Assembly (NCBI GenBank): GCA_028826165.1
Contig: JAPDFW010000053.1
Coordinates: 434,001-498,000, forward strand
Length of the DNA stretch: 64,000 nucleotides
Direction of reading: 5' to 3'
From: Anaeramoeba ignava BMAN
Taxonomy: Eukaryota; Protista; Anaeramoebae
A program made the position numbers and the translations under genes. Shown here in pieces: positions 52,987 through 64,000 of the stretch; the stretch's first letter is position 1, and the number at the start of each line of letters is the position of its first letter. Below the pieces are notes generated by a model. The model was not told where the DNA came from. It saw only the letters and a list, made by a program, of their open reading frames with translations, and ran no database searches.

Positions 52987-55951
52987 TTATTTAAATTCTA
53001 ATTGGTTTAAATTGAACAAATTATTCCAATCAATAGATTTATTCCAATTGAAAAATTGAGCTAAATTTGCGCGGAAACCTTTTGAGTAAGGATTAAAAAA
53101 TTTTCCATTTTTCAAAAAAATCGGATATTTTTTCCAATTCAAAGATTCGTTTGTTGTGAGATTAATAAAGAGAAAATAAACTGCTTGAACGAATGTATAA
53201 GTCATATAGAAACCAAGTGTCAAGCTCCATAATATGACAGCTAGAACCCAAGGTTGTATTTTATAGCTTGAAATGATGAGGTCAAAATATGATTTAATTT
53301 GAAAAAATTGAAAAGCTCCATTTTGATTGTAATTGAAAGTTTGATGGACAAATTTGAAGAAAAGGTATGTGTAAATGTATATATTTAAGGAACTCCAAAA
53401 AACCATTGAGATGAAATAGATATGATTTTTGTACCCAATTGGACAATAAAGCCAAGTGCAATAATGATCGAATCTGCCAATACAACGATCAGTGACTCTA
53501 TCATGTTTTGAGCGTAAAGGTTTAATTATTTTGCAAGTATAACAGTAGTCTTCATGAGAAACTTCTTTATATGTTTGCAACGCTTCCTAAATGAATTAAA
53601 ATATTAAAAAAATATTAAACAAATATTAAATAAATATTAAATAAAGTGGAATAAAATATTAAATAAAATATTAAATAAATAATAAAATAAAATAAAATAA
53701 AATTAAAAATTGGAACAAAAATATTAAAAAAGTGGAAGAGTAAATAAAATAAATTAAATAAAATATTAAATAAAATATTAAATAAAATATTAAATAAAAT
53801 ATTAAATATTAAATAAAATATTAAATAAAATATTAAATAAAATATTAAATAAAATATTAAATAAATAATCAAATAAAATTAAAAAATATTAAACAAAATA
53901 ATTAAATAAAATATTAAAAATATTAAATAAAATATTAAATAAAATATTAAAATTGGAACAAAAATATTAAAAATATTAAATAAAATATTAAATAAAATAT
54001 TAAAAAAAGTGGAACAAAAATATTAAATAATTAAATAAAATATTAAATAAAATATTAAAAATATTAAATAAAATATTAAATAAAATATTAAAATAAATAA
54101 TCAAATAAAATATTAAAAAAAGTGGAACAAAATATTAAATAAAATATCAAATAAATAATCAAATAAAATATTAAATAAAATATTAAATAAAATATTAAAT
54201 AAAATATTAAATAAAATATTAAATAAATATTAAATAAAATATTAAATAAAATATTAAAAAAAGTGGAACAAAAATATTAAATAAAATATCAAATAAAATA
54301 TTAAATAAATAATTAAATAAAACTCTTTTACTTCTAATGAAATCTTCTTTTGTTCAATAAATCCAGGATCAACTGTAAATAATTTATAAAGAGAAAAAAG
54401 AGGAAAAAAAGAGGCAATAACAAGAACTGTACTTGATACTGGAAGAACAGGAAAGCTAACAAACATGAAGTATAAGAAATACGAGATGTATAGATGAAAC
54501 ATGATTGAAAGAGTATAGCCAGCTTGCCATGGAGTTGGTGGTAAGTCCAATTCTCCATAAAAATTCCACCATCTTTCGATATTGAAATAGATAGAAAGTG
54601 AAATTATTAAAATAATTGACACTGCAAAAAACAGATGAAGCTTGGCAAACAAGAAATAAGAGATGAACATTGCAAATCCTGGAAGGAGAGAAAATATTGT
54701 TAGTCTTTTTTTATTTGATAAATCTTTGAAAAATTTGAATTGGAAATTTTTTGCTGTATAAATTTTGATGAATCTTGCAGTTTCAATTTTTCCTGAATGA
54801 ACTGCTAAATCAATAGGTGTTTCTTGAGAATTATTCTTTATTAGAAAATCGGTATTATTTTTAAGAAGCAATTCAACTATTTTTCTGTTTCCATGTTTGC
54901 AAGCGAGATGAAGAGGAGTATTTCCCGTATTGTCTTGTTTATTGATATTAGCTCCATTTTTAATCAGTAAAACTGCTATGTCATAATTACCTCGATGAGA
55001 TGCCCAATGAAGAGGAGTTTGATTTTGAAATTGATCTGGTAAATCCACAATTTCTGGATAATTAGATATTAAATATTGAACTACTAAATATGCATTACAT
55101 TGTGTTGCTACATGGATTGCTGTACTTTGTATTTCATCAGTCTTATTTTTCAATTTAATTTTACATTTTATATAATTAATTTTATAAATAATTTTATATT
55201 TAATTTTATATTTTGGATTAAATTTTGGATTTAATTTTATATTTAATTTTATATTTAATTTTGGATTATATTTTGGATTTAATTTTGGATTTAATTTTGG
55301 ATTTAATTTTATAATTAATTTTATATTTAATTTTGGATTTAATTTTATAATTAATTTTATATTTAATTTTATAATTAATTTTGGATTTAATTTTATAAAT
55401 AATTTTATATTTTGGATTTAATTTTGGATTTAATTTTGGATTTAATTTTATATTTAATTTTATATTTAATTTTGGATTTAATTTTATATTTAATTTTGGA
55501 TTTAATTTTGGATTTAATTTTATATTTTGGATATAAAAAATATAATAATAATATCAAGGAAAATGAAAATTTAGAAAGTTATAAATTCGAAATAATGATT
55601 AAAGACTTTATAAAGATCAGCTCCATTTTCGAGTAAAAGTTTAATAATTGAAACTGAATCTTTTGTGCAAGCCAAATGTAAAGGTGTCGATTGCACATAA
55701 TTTGAATTATCAATTGGAAATCCCATTTTAATCAGAGCCTCTATAACTTGTGCTCTATTGTTTTCTGCGGCCCAATGTATTGGACCGTTTCCATTTTCGT
55801 CTTTTATTTCTCTAGATATTTTATAATCTTCAATATGTTTTATAATTAATTCAATATTGTTCGTTATTATTAAATGCTTTAAATGATTTTCTATATATAT
55901 TTTTTTCCGATTTGGATTTTGGATTGATTTGCTGTTTGAATTTCTTTGCAT
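52987..55951 (-). CDS. Ankyrin-repeat DHHC palmitoyltransferase (Akr1/ZDHHC17-like, DHYC variant), 3 exons
   Basis: Exons 55951-55607, 55141-54332, 53586-52987. Ankyrin repeats, TM helices, CYTCKIIKPLRSKH..FDHYCTW and NLTTNE. Confidence 0.92.
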
Positions 55952-55984
55952 TTTATTCTAAAAAAGAAAAAAAATGATTTCGAA

Positions 55985-56310
55985 AAATTAAAAAATAAAA
56001 TTAAAACTAAAATTAAATTAAAATCAAAAATAAAAATAAAATTAAAATTAAAATTAAATTAAAATTAAAATTAAAATTAAAATTAAAATTAAAATTAAAA
56101 ATTAAAATTAAAATTAAAATTAAAATTAAAATTAAAATTAAAATTAAAATTAAAATTAAAATTAAAATTAAAATTAAAAATTAAAATTAAAATTAAAATT
56201 AAAAATTAAAATTAAAATTAAAATTAAAAATTAAAATTAAAACTAAAATTAAAATTAAAATTAAAATTAAAACTAAAATTAAAATTAAAATTAAAATTAA
56301 AACTAAAAAT
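55985..56310. repeat. (AAAATT)n microsatellite
   Basis: Direct hexamer tandem, intergenic. Confidence 0.9.
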
Positions 56311-56572
56311 CGGATAAAAAATTAAATGGGTACTTTTAACTTTTAATTAACTTTTAAATTATTTTTAATTAATTTTAAATTTTTAAAAAAAAAAAAGTGT
56401 CTGATTTTTTTCGTGATTTTTTCCTACTATTTTTTTTAATTTCTTCAAACATATTAAATCAGAATTTCAAAAAAAAAACAAAAAAATGTATGTCTGATTA
56501 CTTCACTTCTTAAAAAAATTTTTATTTTTTTTTTTATTCCATTTTTTTTCATTCCATTTTTTTTTTTTTAAA

Positions 56573-57458
56573 ATGCATTCACACCCCTTTAATTCAAAAA
56601 CAAATTTTTTTAGCAATTCAAATCAAAAACCAAATTCGAATCAAGTAATAAAAAAATAAAAAAAAATAAATAAAAAATAAAAATAAAAATAAAAAAGATC
56701 AAAAAATACAATTAAAATAATTATAAAAATAAATTAATTTAGAATTCACTTTATGAAGATTTGGACTTTTTTTTTGAATCAGAATTCTGTTTCGATCCTT
56801 TTGATTTTTCATTTCCAACTGAAAACATTTTCATTTCTGAACCTTTGGATCACATTCTATTAAAAAATACTGAAGAATCTACAAAAACTACAAATGAACC
56901 CTTAAATTGCATTCAAAAAGAAACTGAATCTAAAACTGAAAATATTCAAAAATCAAATCAACCTTTCAAAATTCGAAACGGTTCAAATCCTAATGTAAAA
57001 AAAATAAGTGTAAATAAATCCAAATAATATCCATTTTTTTTGTTTTCATTTTGATATTGATTTTTTTTTTTTAGAAACGAAAGAAAAGAAAAGAACCAAT
57101 TTCTTGTTCTCCTTTTTCATCAGAATTGGTATTAAATGATTCACAAATGCAAAAATTTCGACAATTTTGGAAAATTTTACCAAAATTAAGATATCTTTCT
57201 TCAATATTTCCTAATGAATTTGAAGGAATAGATAAAAACACTGATTTCCACAATTTGAAATCAAATAAAATTACAATATCAAGAAGGTTAATTCAAAAAA
57301 CTGCAGAAATACTTGGTTTGAAAGAACAAAATTTAATTCGATCAGTTAAAAGAGCTATTATGAATAAGGGATATAAATATGTAAAAGCTGAACATCATAA
57401 TTTTACTCATTTACGATTTGCTAAAAAACCAAAAAACAAAACTCATCAAAATGTCTGA
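56573..57458 (+). CDS. Cluster gene 1: putative winged-helix (IBD/HSF-like) domain protein, 3 exons
   Basis: Exons 56573-56644, 56743-56994, 57075-57458 join in frame. Basic KRKKRK precedes the shared domain LPKLRYLSSIFP..RSVKRAIMNKGY..HLRF. Confidence 0.75.
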
Positions 57459-57852
57459 TTTTTAATTATTATTTTTTTTATTTTTATTTTTATTGTTTTA
57501 ATTTTTTTTTTCTTTTTTATTTTTATTGGTTTAAATTTTGGACACTTTATTCCTTTTATTTACAAAAAAAAAATTTTTTTTTCTTCTACTTTTTGTTTTG
57601 TAAACAAAACTATTTCAAATTATTTCAAACAAGAATTCAATTGTTTAATAAACAAAAATCGGACAAAAAGCCTATTTTTAGTTAAAATTTTGTTTTAAAG
57701 TTTAATTATTAAGACATTTCAAAGGAGAAAAAAGTGTCTTTTTTTGTAAAATAAAACCACAAGGTTTGAAAAAAGATTTTTACTTTTCATTCTTGATTTT
57801 ATTTGATTTGTTTTTTGTTTTTTTTTATTCAATTTGTTTTTGTTTTACAAAA

Positions 57853-58197
57853 ATGGAAGAACAAAAAGAGTTTATATTTACTGAATTAGAAAAAACAACT
57901 TTAGAGAGTTCTTGGTCTATTTTAGCTAAATTAAGATATCTTTCTTCAATATTTCCTGATGAATTTGAAGGAATAGATGAAAATACAGATTTCCACAATT
58001 TGAAATCAGATGAAATTGTAATATCAAGAAGGTTAATTCAAAAAACTGCAGAAATACTTGATTTGAAAGAACAAAATTTAATTCGATCAGTTAAAAGAGC
58101 TATTATGAATAAAGGATATAAATATGTAAAAGCCCAACATCATAATTTTACTCATTTACGATTTGTTAAAGAATCAAATGAAAATAATCAAAAATAA
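57853..58197 (+). CDS. Cluster gene 2: stand-alone copy of the shared domain
   Basis: ATG at 57853; domain nearly identical to genes 1 and 4. Confidence 0.8.
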   Translation: MEEQKEFIFTELEKTTLESSWSILAKLRYLSSIFPDEFEGIDENTDFHNLKSDEIVISRRLIQKTAEILDLKEQNLIRSVKRAIMNKGYKYVKAQHHNFTHLRFVKESNENNQK

Positions 58198-58639
58198 TTA
58201 TTCAAAAAAAAAAAGAAATTCAAACAATTTTATTTTGAATTAATTATTTCTTTTGAAAATTAATTAAAAAAAAAGAAGAAATTAATTAAAAAAAAAATTT
58301 TTTTTTGCTTTTTTGGACACTTTCTTGATCCTTAATAAAAATAAAAGATTTATAAAAGAATTATTAATAAAAATAATTAAGGATTTATAAAAAGAATTAT
58401 TAATAAAAATAAAAAAAATAAACTTAAAATAAACTTTATTTTTAAATCAATAAAAATAAAAAAGTATTTATATCTAAAAATTGAGAAATACAAGTTATTA
58501 ATTAATTTAAAAGAAAAAATTTTTTATTTTTTTTTAATTCATTTTTTTTTATTTTTTTTTAATTTCATTTTTTTTTATTTTTTTTTATTCTTTTTTATTC
58601 TTTTTTATTCTTTTTTGTTTGTTTGTTTGTTTTAAATTA

Positions 58640-59742
58640 ATGTATCATCGAGATTATTTAAAAAATTCAGATCTTTCTTCATCAATTTTAGAAAATAATG
58701 AATCAAATTTTTTGGATTCTTTAATTACAGAAAATAAATATTCATTTCAAAAATTCAAATCAAGAAGATTCAATCCAAAATTTCCCTCCATTTCTTCATT
58801 TCAGTTTTAGTTTTGGAAACGAAAAGCAAAACAATTTAGATGAAGATTTAGAAGAAGATGAACTTGAAAAAAAACGAGATAATTTATTTGATGATCTTGA
58901 AAATGAAAATGAAAATGAAAATCAAAATCCAAAATCAAAATCAAAATCAAAATCAAAATCAAATTCAAAATGAAAATCAAAATCAAAATCAAAATCAAAA
59001 TCAAAATCCAATTTCTTCAAGTGATTGCTTTGATTACAATAAAAAAGCAAGTGAACAGAAAGAATCAATTAATCAATCTCTTTTAAACTCTCTAAAATTA
59101 AATTCATTAGATCAAGAAAATTCAAGTTCTTTTAATATTTTACAAAATCAAGATGAAAATCAAGATGAAAATCAAAATCAATATGAAAATGAAAATGAAA
59201 ATGAAAATGAAAATCAAAATCAAAATCAAATTCAAATTCAAAAAAATCAAAATGAAAATCAAAAAAATCAAAAAAATCAAAAAAATCAAAAAAATCAAAA
59301 GCAAAAAAAGCAAAAAAGACAGAAAAGAAAGAAACCAAATTTAAAAAAATCAAACACAAAGCAATCCAAAATTTCTAATCCACAAAAAATGAATATAAAA
59401 GAATTCCAAGATTTGAATCAATATTTACCAAGATTGAAATTTCTTTCTTATTATTTCTCTCATTTAATTACAGGAATCGACAATCAAACAGATTTACAAA
59501 ATTTAAATTCGGAAGAAATTATTATTTCAAGAAAAATTGTTGATATAATTCATAAAAATATGAATTCTCAACCAAAAAAAGAATCAATTGAAAGATCTAT
59601 AAAAAGAGCCATTGAAAATCAAAATTATGAATTAATTGTTCGTGAAAGGAATCATTTTTCTGAGTTTAAATTTAAAAAGATAAAAGGATCTGAAATTAGA
59701 AAAAAAAACACAAAACAAAAGAAAAATTCAAACAAGATCTAA
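58640..59742 (+). CDS. Cluster gene 3: divergent member with acidic/QN N-terminus; frameshifts near 58800 and 58930
   Basis: LPRLKFLSYYF..GIDNQTD..IIISRK..IERSIKRAIENQNY..FKF aligns with the shared domain. Confidence 0.7.
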
Positions 59743-60145
59743 AACAAAATGTTATTTAATTTATTTCTTAACTTAAAAATCTTTCTTTTTTTTAAATTTT
59801 TTTTAATTTCTTTTATTTTATTTTTGACAATCCAAAATTTATTTTAAAAATTAAAATGACTAAAAAATTTTAATCTTATTTTTTTTTTTTGATTTAATTT
59901 CAAATATAAAAAAGAAAACAAATTAAATTAAATTAAATTAATCTTTCTTTTTTAAAATAAAAAAAGGAAAATAAAAAAAGGAAAATAAGAAGAAATTTTA
60001 AAGGAGAAAAAAGTGTCCTTTTTGTAAAATGAAAATGGAAATTATTTTGAAAAAAAAAAAAAAAAAAGATTTTTACTTTTCAATCTTGTTTTTCTTTATA
60101 TTTTTTGCTTTTTGAGTTTTGCTTTTTTTTTTCAAAATAATAAAA

Positions 60146-60484
60146 ATGGAAGATCAAAAAGGATTTATATTTACTGAATCAGAAAAAGATACTTTAGAGA
60201 ATTCTTGGTCTATTTTAGCTAAATTAAGATATCTTTCTTCAATATTTCCTGATGAATTTGAGGGTATAGATGAAAATACTGATTTTAATAAATTGAAATC
60301 AGATGAAATTGTAATATCAAGAAGGTTAATTCAAAAAACTGCAGAAATACTTGATCTGAAAGAACAAAATTTAATTCGATCAGTTAAAAGAGCTATTATG
60401 AATAAGGGATATAAATATGTAAAAGCTCAACATCATAATTTTACTCATTTACGATTTGTTAAAGAATCAAATGAAAATAATTAA
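60146..60484 (+). CDS. Cluster gene 4: recent duplicate of gene 2
   Basis: ATG at 60146; near-identical protein and similar upstream 150 bp. Confidence 0.8.
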   Translation: MEDQKGFIFTESEKDTLENSWSILAKLRYLSSIFPDEFEGIDENTDFNKLKSDEIVISRRLIQKTAEILDLKEQNLIRSVKRAIMNKGYKYVKAQHHNFTHLRFVKESNENN

Positions 60485-60739
60485 AAAAAAAATTATTCAA
60501 AAAAAAAAAAATTTAAAAACAACTTTAAAAAATGGATTTCAAACAATATCCAATTCTTTAAACAATTTGTGATTTATTTTCCTGATTTTTTTTATTTTTT
60601 TTTTGATGATTTTCCACTTCAGTTTTTTGTTTTTATTTATAAAAACTTATTAAATAAAATCCACTTTTCAATTTGTTAAAAAAATAAATAAATAAACAAT
60701 AAAAAATTTTTTGGGGAGTTTCCCTAATAAAATTTAATC

Positions 60740-61995
60740 CAATTTAATAAATATTTTATTAATAAATTTTTTATTCCACTTTTTTAATAAATTTAATAAG
60801 TATTTTATTAATAAATTGATTAAATATTTTATTAATAAATTTAATAAATATTTTATTAATAAATTGATTAAATATTTTATTAATAAATTTAATAAATATT
60901 TTATTAATAAATTGATTAAATATTTTATTCCACTTTTTTATTAATAAATTTAATAAATATTTTATTAATAAATTTATTAAATATTTTATTAATAAATTTA
61001 ATAAATATTTTATTAATAAATTTAATAAATATTTTATTAATAAATTTAATAAATATTTTATTAATAAATTTAATAAATATTTTATTAATAAATTTAATAA
61101 ATATTTTATTAATAAATTTAATAAATATTTTATTAATAAATTTAATAAATATTTTATTAATAAATTTAATAAATATTTTATTAATAAATTTAATAAATAT
61201 TTTATTAATAAATTTAATAAATATTTTATTAATAAATTGATTAAATATTTTTATTCCACTTTTTATTAATAAATATTTTATTCCACTTTTTAATAAATTT
61301 AATAAATATTTTATTAATAAATTTAATAAATATTTTATTAATAAATTGATTAAATATTTTATTCCACTTTTTATTAATAAATTTAATAAATATTTTATTA
61401 ATAAATTTAATAAATATTTTATTAATAAATTTAATAAATATTTTATTAATAAATTTAATAAATATTTTATTAATAAATTGATTAAATATTTTATTAATAA
61501 ATTTAATAAATATTTTATTAATAAATTGATTAAATATTTTATTAATAAATTGATTAAATATTTTATTAATAAATTTAATAAATATTTTATTAATAAATTT
61601 AATAAATATTTTATTAATAAATTTAATAAATATTTTATTAATAAATTTAATAAATATTTTATTAATAAATTTAATAAATATTTTATTAATAAATTGATTA
61701 AATATTTTATTAATAAATTTAATAAATATTTTATTAATAAATTGATTAAATATTTTATTAATAAATTTAATAAATATTTTATTAATAAATTGATTAAATA
61801 TTTTATTAATAAATTTAATAAATATTTTATTAATAAATTGATTAAATATTTTATTCCACTTTTTTTATTAATAAATTTAATAAATATTTTATTAATAAAT
61901 TTATTAAATATTTTATTAATAAATTTAATAAATATTTTATTAATAAATTTAATAAATATTTTATTAATAAATTTAATAAATTTAATAAATTTAAT
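60740..61995. repeat. 24-mer satellite (TTAATAAATTTAATAAATATTTTA) with interspersed TTATTCCACTTTT
   Basis: Direct tandem; source of the 408-aa and 273-aa spurious ORFs. Confidence 0.95.
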
Positions 61996-62210
61996 TAAAA
62001 AGAAAAAAAGGAGAAAAATAAATAATTTTTTCTTCTTTTTTATTTTATTTATTTTTATTTTAAATAAAATAAATAAGGGGGCAAAAAGGAAAAAAGTAAT
62101 TAAAACGATCAAAAAAAAAAATTTTTTTCTTTTTAATTTTTTTAAATTCATTTTTTTATTTTTTTAATTTTCTTTTTAATTTTCTTTAAAAAAAAACAAA
62201 ACAAAAAAAA

Positions 62211-63347
62211 ATGCAAACATCACTTCTTGATGATTTATTTATAATAGAAGAGACACAAGAAACAAATTTCTCACAAGGTTTTACATTTTTTGAACCAAGA
62301 CAAGAAACAGAAGAAAAATGTGCAGAAAAACAAACAGAAAAAGAAGAAAAAACAAATGAACAAAATTTAGAAACTTCTACACCAGCTATTGATTCAGATG
62401 TTTTTCATTCTCAAAATCCAACTATGCCCTCAACTGAAAATCCTATTGGAAAGAATTTTCAAGAACTTTTAGAAGATCCTGTTTTTATTCAAGCTATTAA
62501 TGAAAGAGAGAACTTAAAAAACAAAGCGAAATCAATATCAAGAAAACCAATACCAAGAAAACGAATATCAAGAAAACCAATACCAAGAAAACCAATATCA
62601 AGAAAACGAATTGTAAATAAAAGATAAAAATAAATTAAGAAATAAATAAAAAATTAACAATAACATGAAATTAAGAAAAATTTAAATAAAAAATAAATAA
62701 TAACATGAAATTAAGAAATAAATAAATAAGAAATAAATAATAACATGAAATTAAGAAATAAAAAATAAATAATAACATGAAATTAAGAAAAATTAAATTA
62801 AAAATAAATAATAACATGAAATTAAGAAAAATTTAAATAAAAAATAAATTAAAAATAAATAATAAAATGAAATTAAATTAAAAATTAATAATAACATGAA
62901 ATTAAAAAATAATTTAAAAAAAAAAACTCATTTCTCTTTGTTTTCCTTTATTTATTTATTTATTTATTATAGAATAACAAAAGGAAAAAAGAAACTGATT
63001 TGGATTCAGTTTCAGTTGATGTTAACCTTCCAATTATTCTTGATAGCAAAGCAACACAAATTAAATCAACCTATCGTGTTATTTCAAAATTGCAAATTAT
63101 TAGTGAAGTTTATCCAACAGCTTTTTATGGATTCAATTCCAAAACAGATTACAAATGCATTTCTTCACCTGAAATTATTATTTCTCGTTTAGTTGTTCGA
63201 TCTCTTGCTACGCTTTTAAGACAAGAAGAGAAAGATACAAGTCGTTCAGTAATTCGCACATTTGTTGATAAAGGTTATCATTACATTAAAGCAACAAAAA
63301 AAGGTTATACTGCATTGAAATTTATCAAAGCCAGTTTAACCAATTAA
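62211..63347 (+). CDS. Cluster gene 5: divergent member, 2 exons
   Basis: Exons 62211-62612 and 62973-63347 join in frame. ISKLQIISEVYP..IIISR..RSVIRTFVDKGY..LKF aligns with the shared domain, preceded by basic RKPIS repeats. Confidence 0.75.
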
Positions 63348-63572
63348 TGCTTTTTTTGCTTTTCTTTTTTCCTCTTTTTTTTTTTAATTTTGCTTTTTTT
63401 TTTAATTACCTTGATTTTATTACAAGGCCATTTCTTTTTCTTTTTCTTTTTTAATTTTAATTTTAATTTTAATTTTAAATTTAATTTTAAATTAAAAAAG
63501 AAAAAATATTTGAATTACATTTTTCAATTATTAATTTATTTATTTATTTATTAATTTGCTTTTCATTTTTAA

Positions 63573-64000
63573 TTATTTTTTTTTAAGTTCTTCTTTTTTA
63601 AAAGGAGAAAAATGCTTTTCATCTAAAGATTTACTTTGTAAAGCGAATTCTAAAGAATTAGTATAATAAGAAATAGTAGAAGAATGAATTGGGATATTTT
63701 CTGACAATTTTTGAAATGGAGGAGTTTGAACTTTTTGAGAAGAAATTTCATTTTTTTCTAAATCAAAATGAAGAGATTGAACATCAGCAATTTCAAAATC
63801 ATTATCAGAAAATTCATCAATAGAAGTATCAGTATTAGTATTAGTATTAGTATTAGTATTAGTATTAGTATTAATATTAATATTAATATCTTTTGATAAA
63901 TTAACGGAATTAGGGACAAAGGTGAATTTTTTTTGAGGAGAATCTTTGACAGGAATTTTATTTTCTTGAGAGATTTTTTGATTATCAAAGTTGGAGAATA
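63573..64000 (-). CDS. 3' end of an unknown protein entering from the right edge
   Basis: Open frame ..KIPVKDSPQKKFTFVP..EKHFSPFKKEELKKK then TAA at 63575-63573. Confidence 0.55.
   Translation of the reverse strand, partial: FSNFDNQKISQENKIPVKDSPQKKFTFVPNSVNLSKDINININTNTNTNTNTNTNTDTSIDEFSDNDFEIADVQSLHFDLEKNEISSQKVQTPPFQKLSENIPIHSSTISYYTNSLEFALQSKSLDEKHFSPFKKEELKKK

Noticed and set aside
53455-53470. DHYC instead of DHHC as an inactivating change
   Set aside because: DHYC is the known active variant in Akr1-type palmitoyltransferases.
63601-63615. AAAGGAGAAAAA as a third copy of the cluster promoter block
   Set aside because: It lies inside the minus-strand coding frame (HFSPF) and lacks the GTGTC core.
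1-64000. Inteins, transposases, tRNA or rRNA genes
   Set aside because: No splicing-domain insertions, transposase motifs, terminal repeats or structured RNA genes were recognisable by eye.

Overview
Very AT-rich, gene-dense eukaryotic nuclear DNA with GT-AG spliceosomal introns and the standard genetic code. The BTB/RCC1/TLDc/ankyrin expansions and the TCATTT motif before start codons suggest an anaerobic protist, possibly a metamonad such as Anaeramoeba (inference). About 23 genes can be read: a nucleotidyltransferase-fold protein, a secreted beta-propeller protein, Timeless, GGPP synthase, RCC1-BTB, BTB-TLDc, RNF10, two ankyrin genes, EB1, a giant alpha-actinin, archease, INTS11, a pyrophosphatase-like protein, ArfGAP, an Akr1-type DHHC enzyme and a five-gene cluster sharing a winged-helix-like domain. 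Many introns and intergenic gaps are filled with micro- and minisatellites, which explain most low-complexity ORFs in the track. Scattered single-base frameshifts look like consensus errors. The main result is largely missed by the ORF track. Two head-to-head ankyrin genes (22953-26701 minus, 26972-28964 plus) are built one repeat per exon with only phase-0 introns. Ten 3-nt single-codon microexons (AG|NNN|GTA) supply residues at the ankyrin beta-hairpin tip. One junction has tandem microexons and one module is decayed but skippable in frame, which suggests a modular splicing or exon-shuffling diversification system. Other notable items are a pyrophosphatase that has lost its catalytic aspartates, an actinin rod lengthened by eight 139-aa repeats, and an IBD/HSF-like gene cluster flanked by a recurring AAAGTGTC motif.
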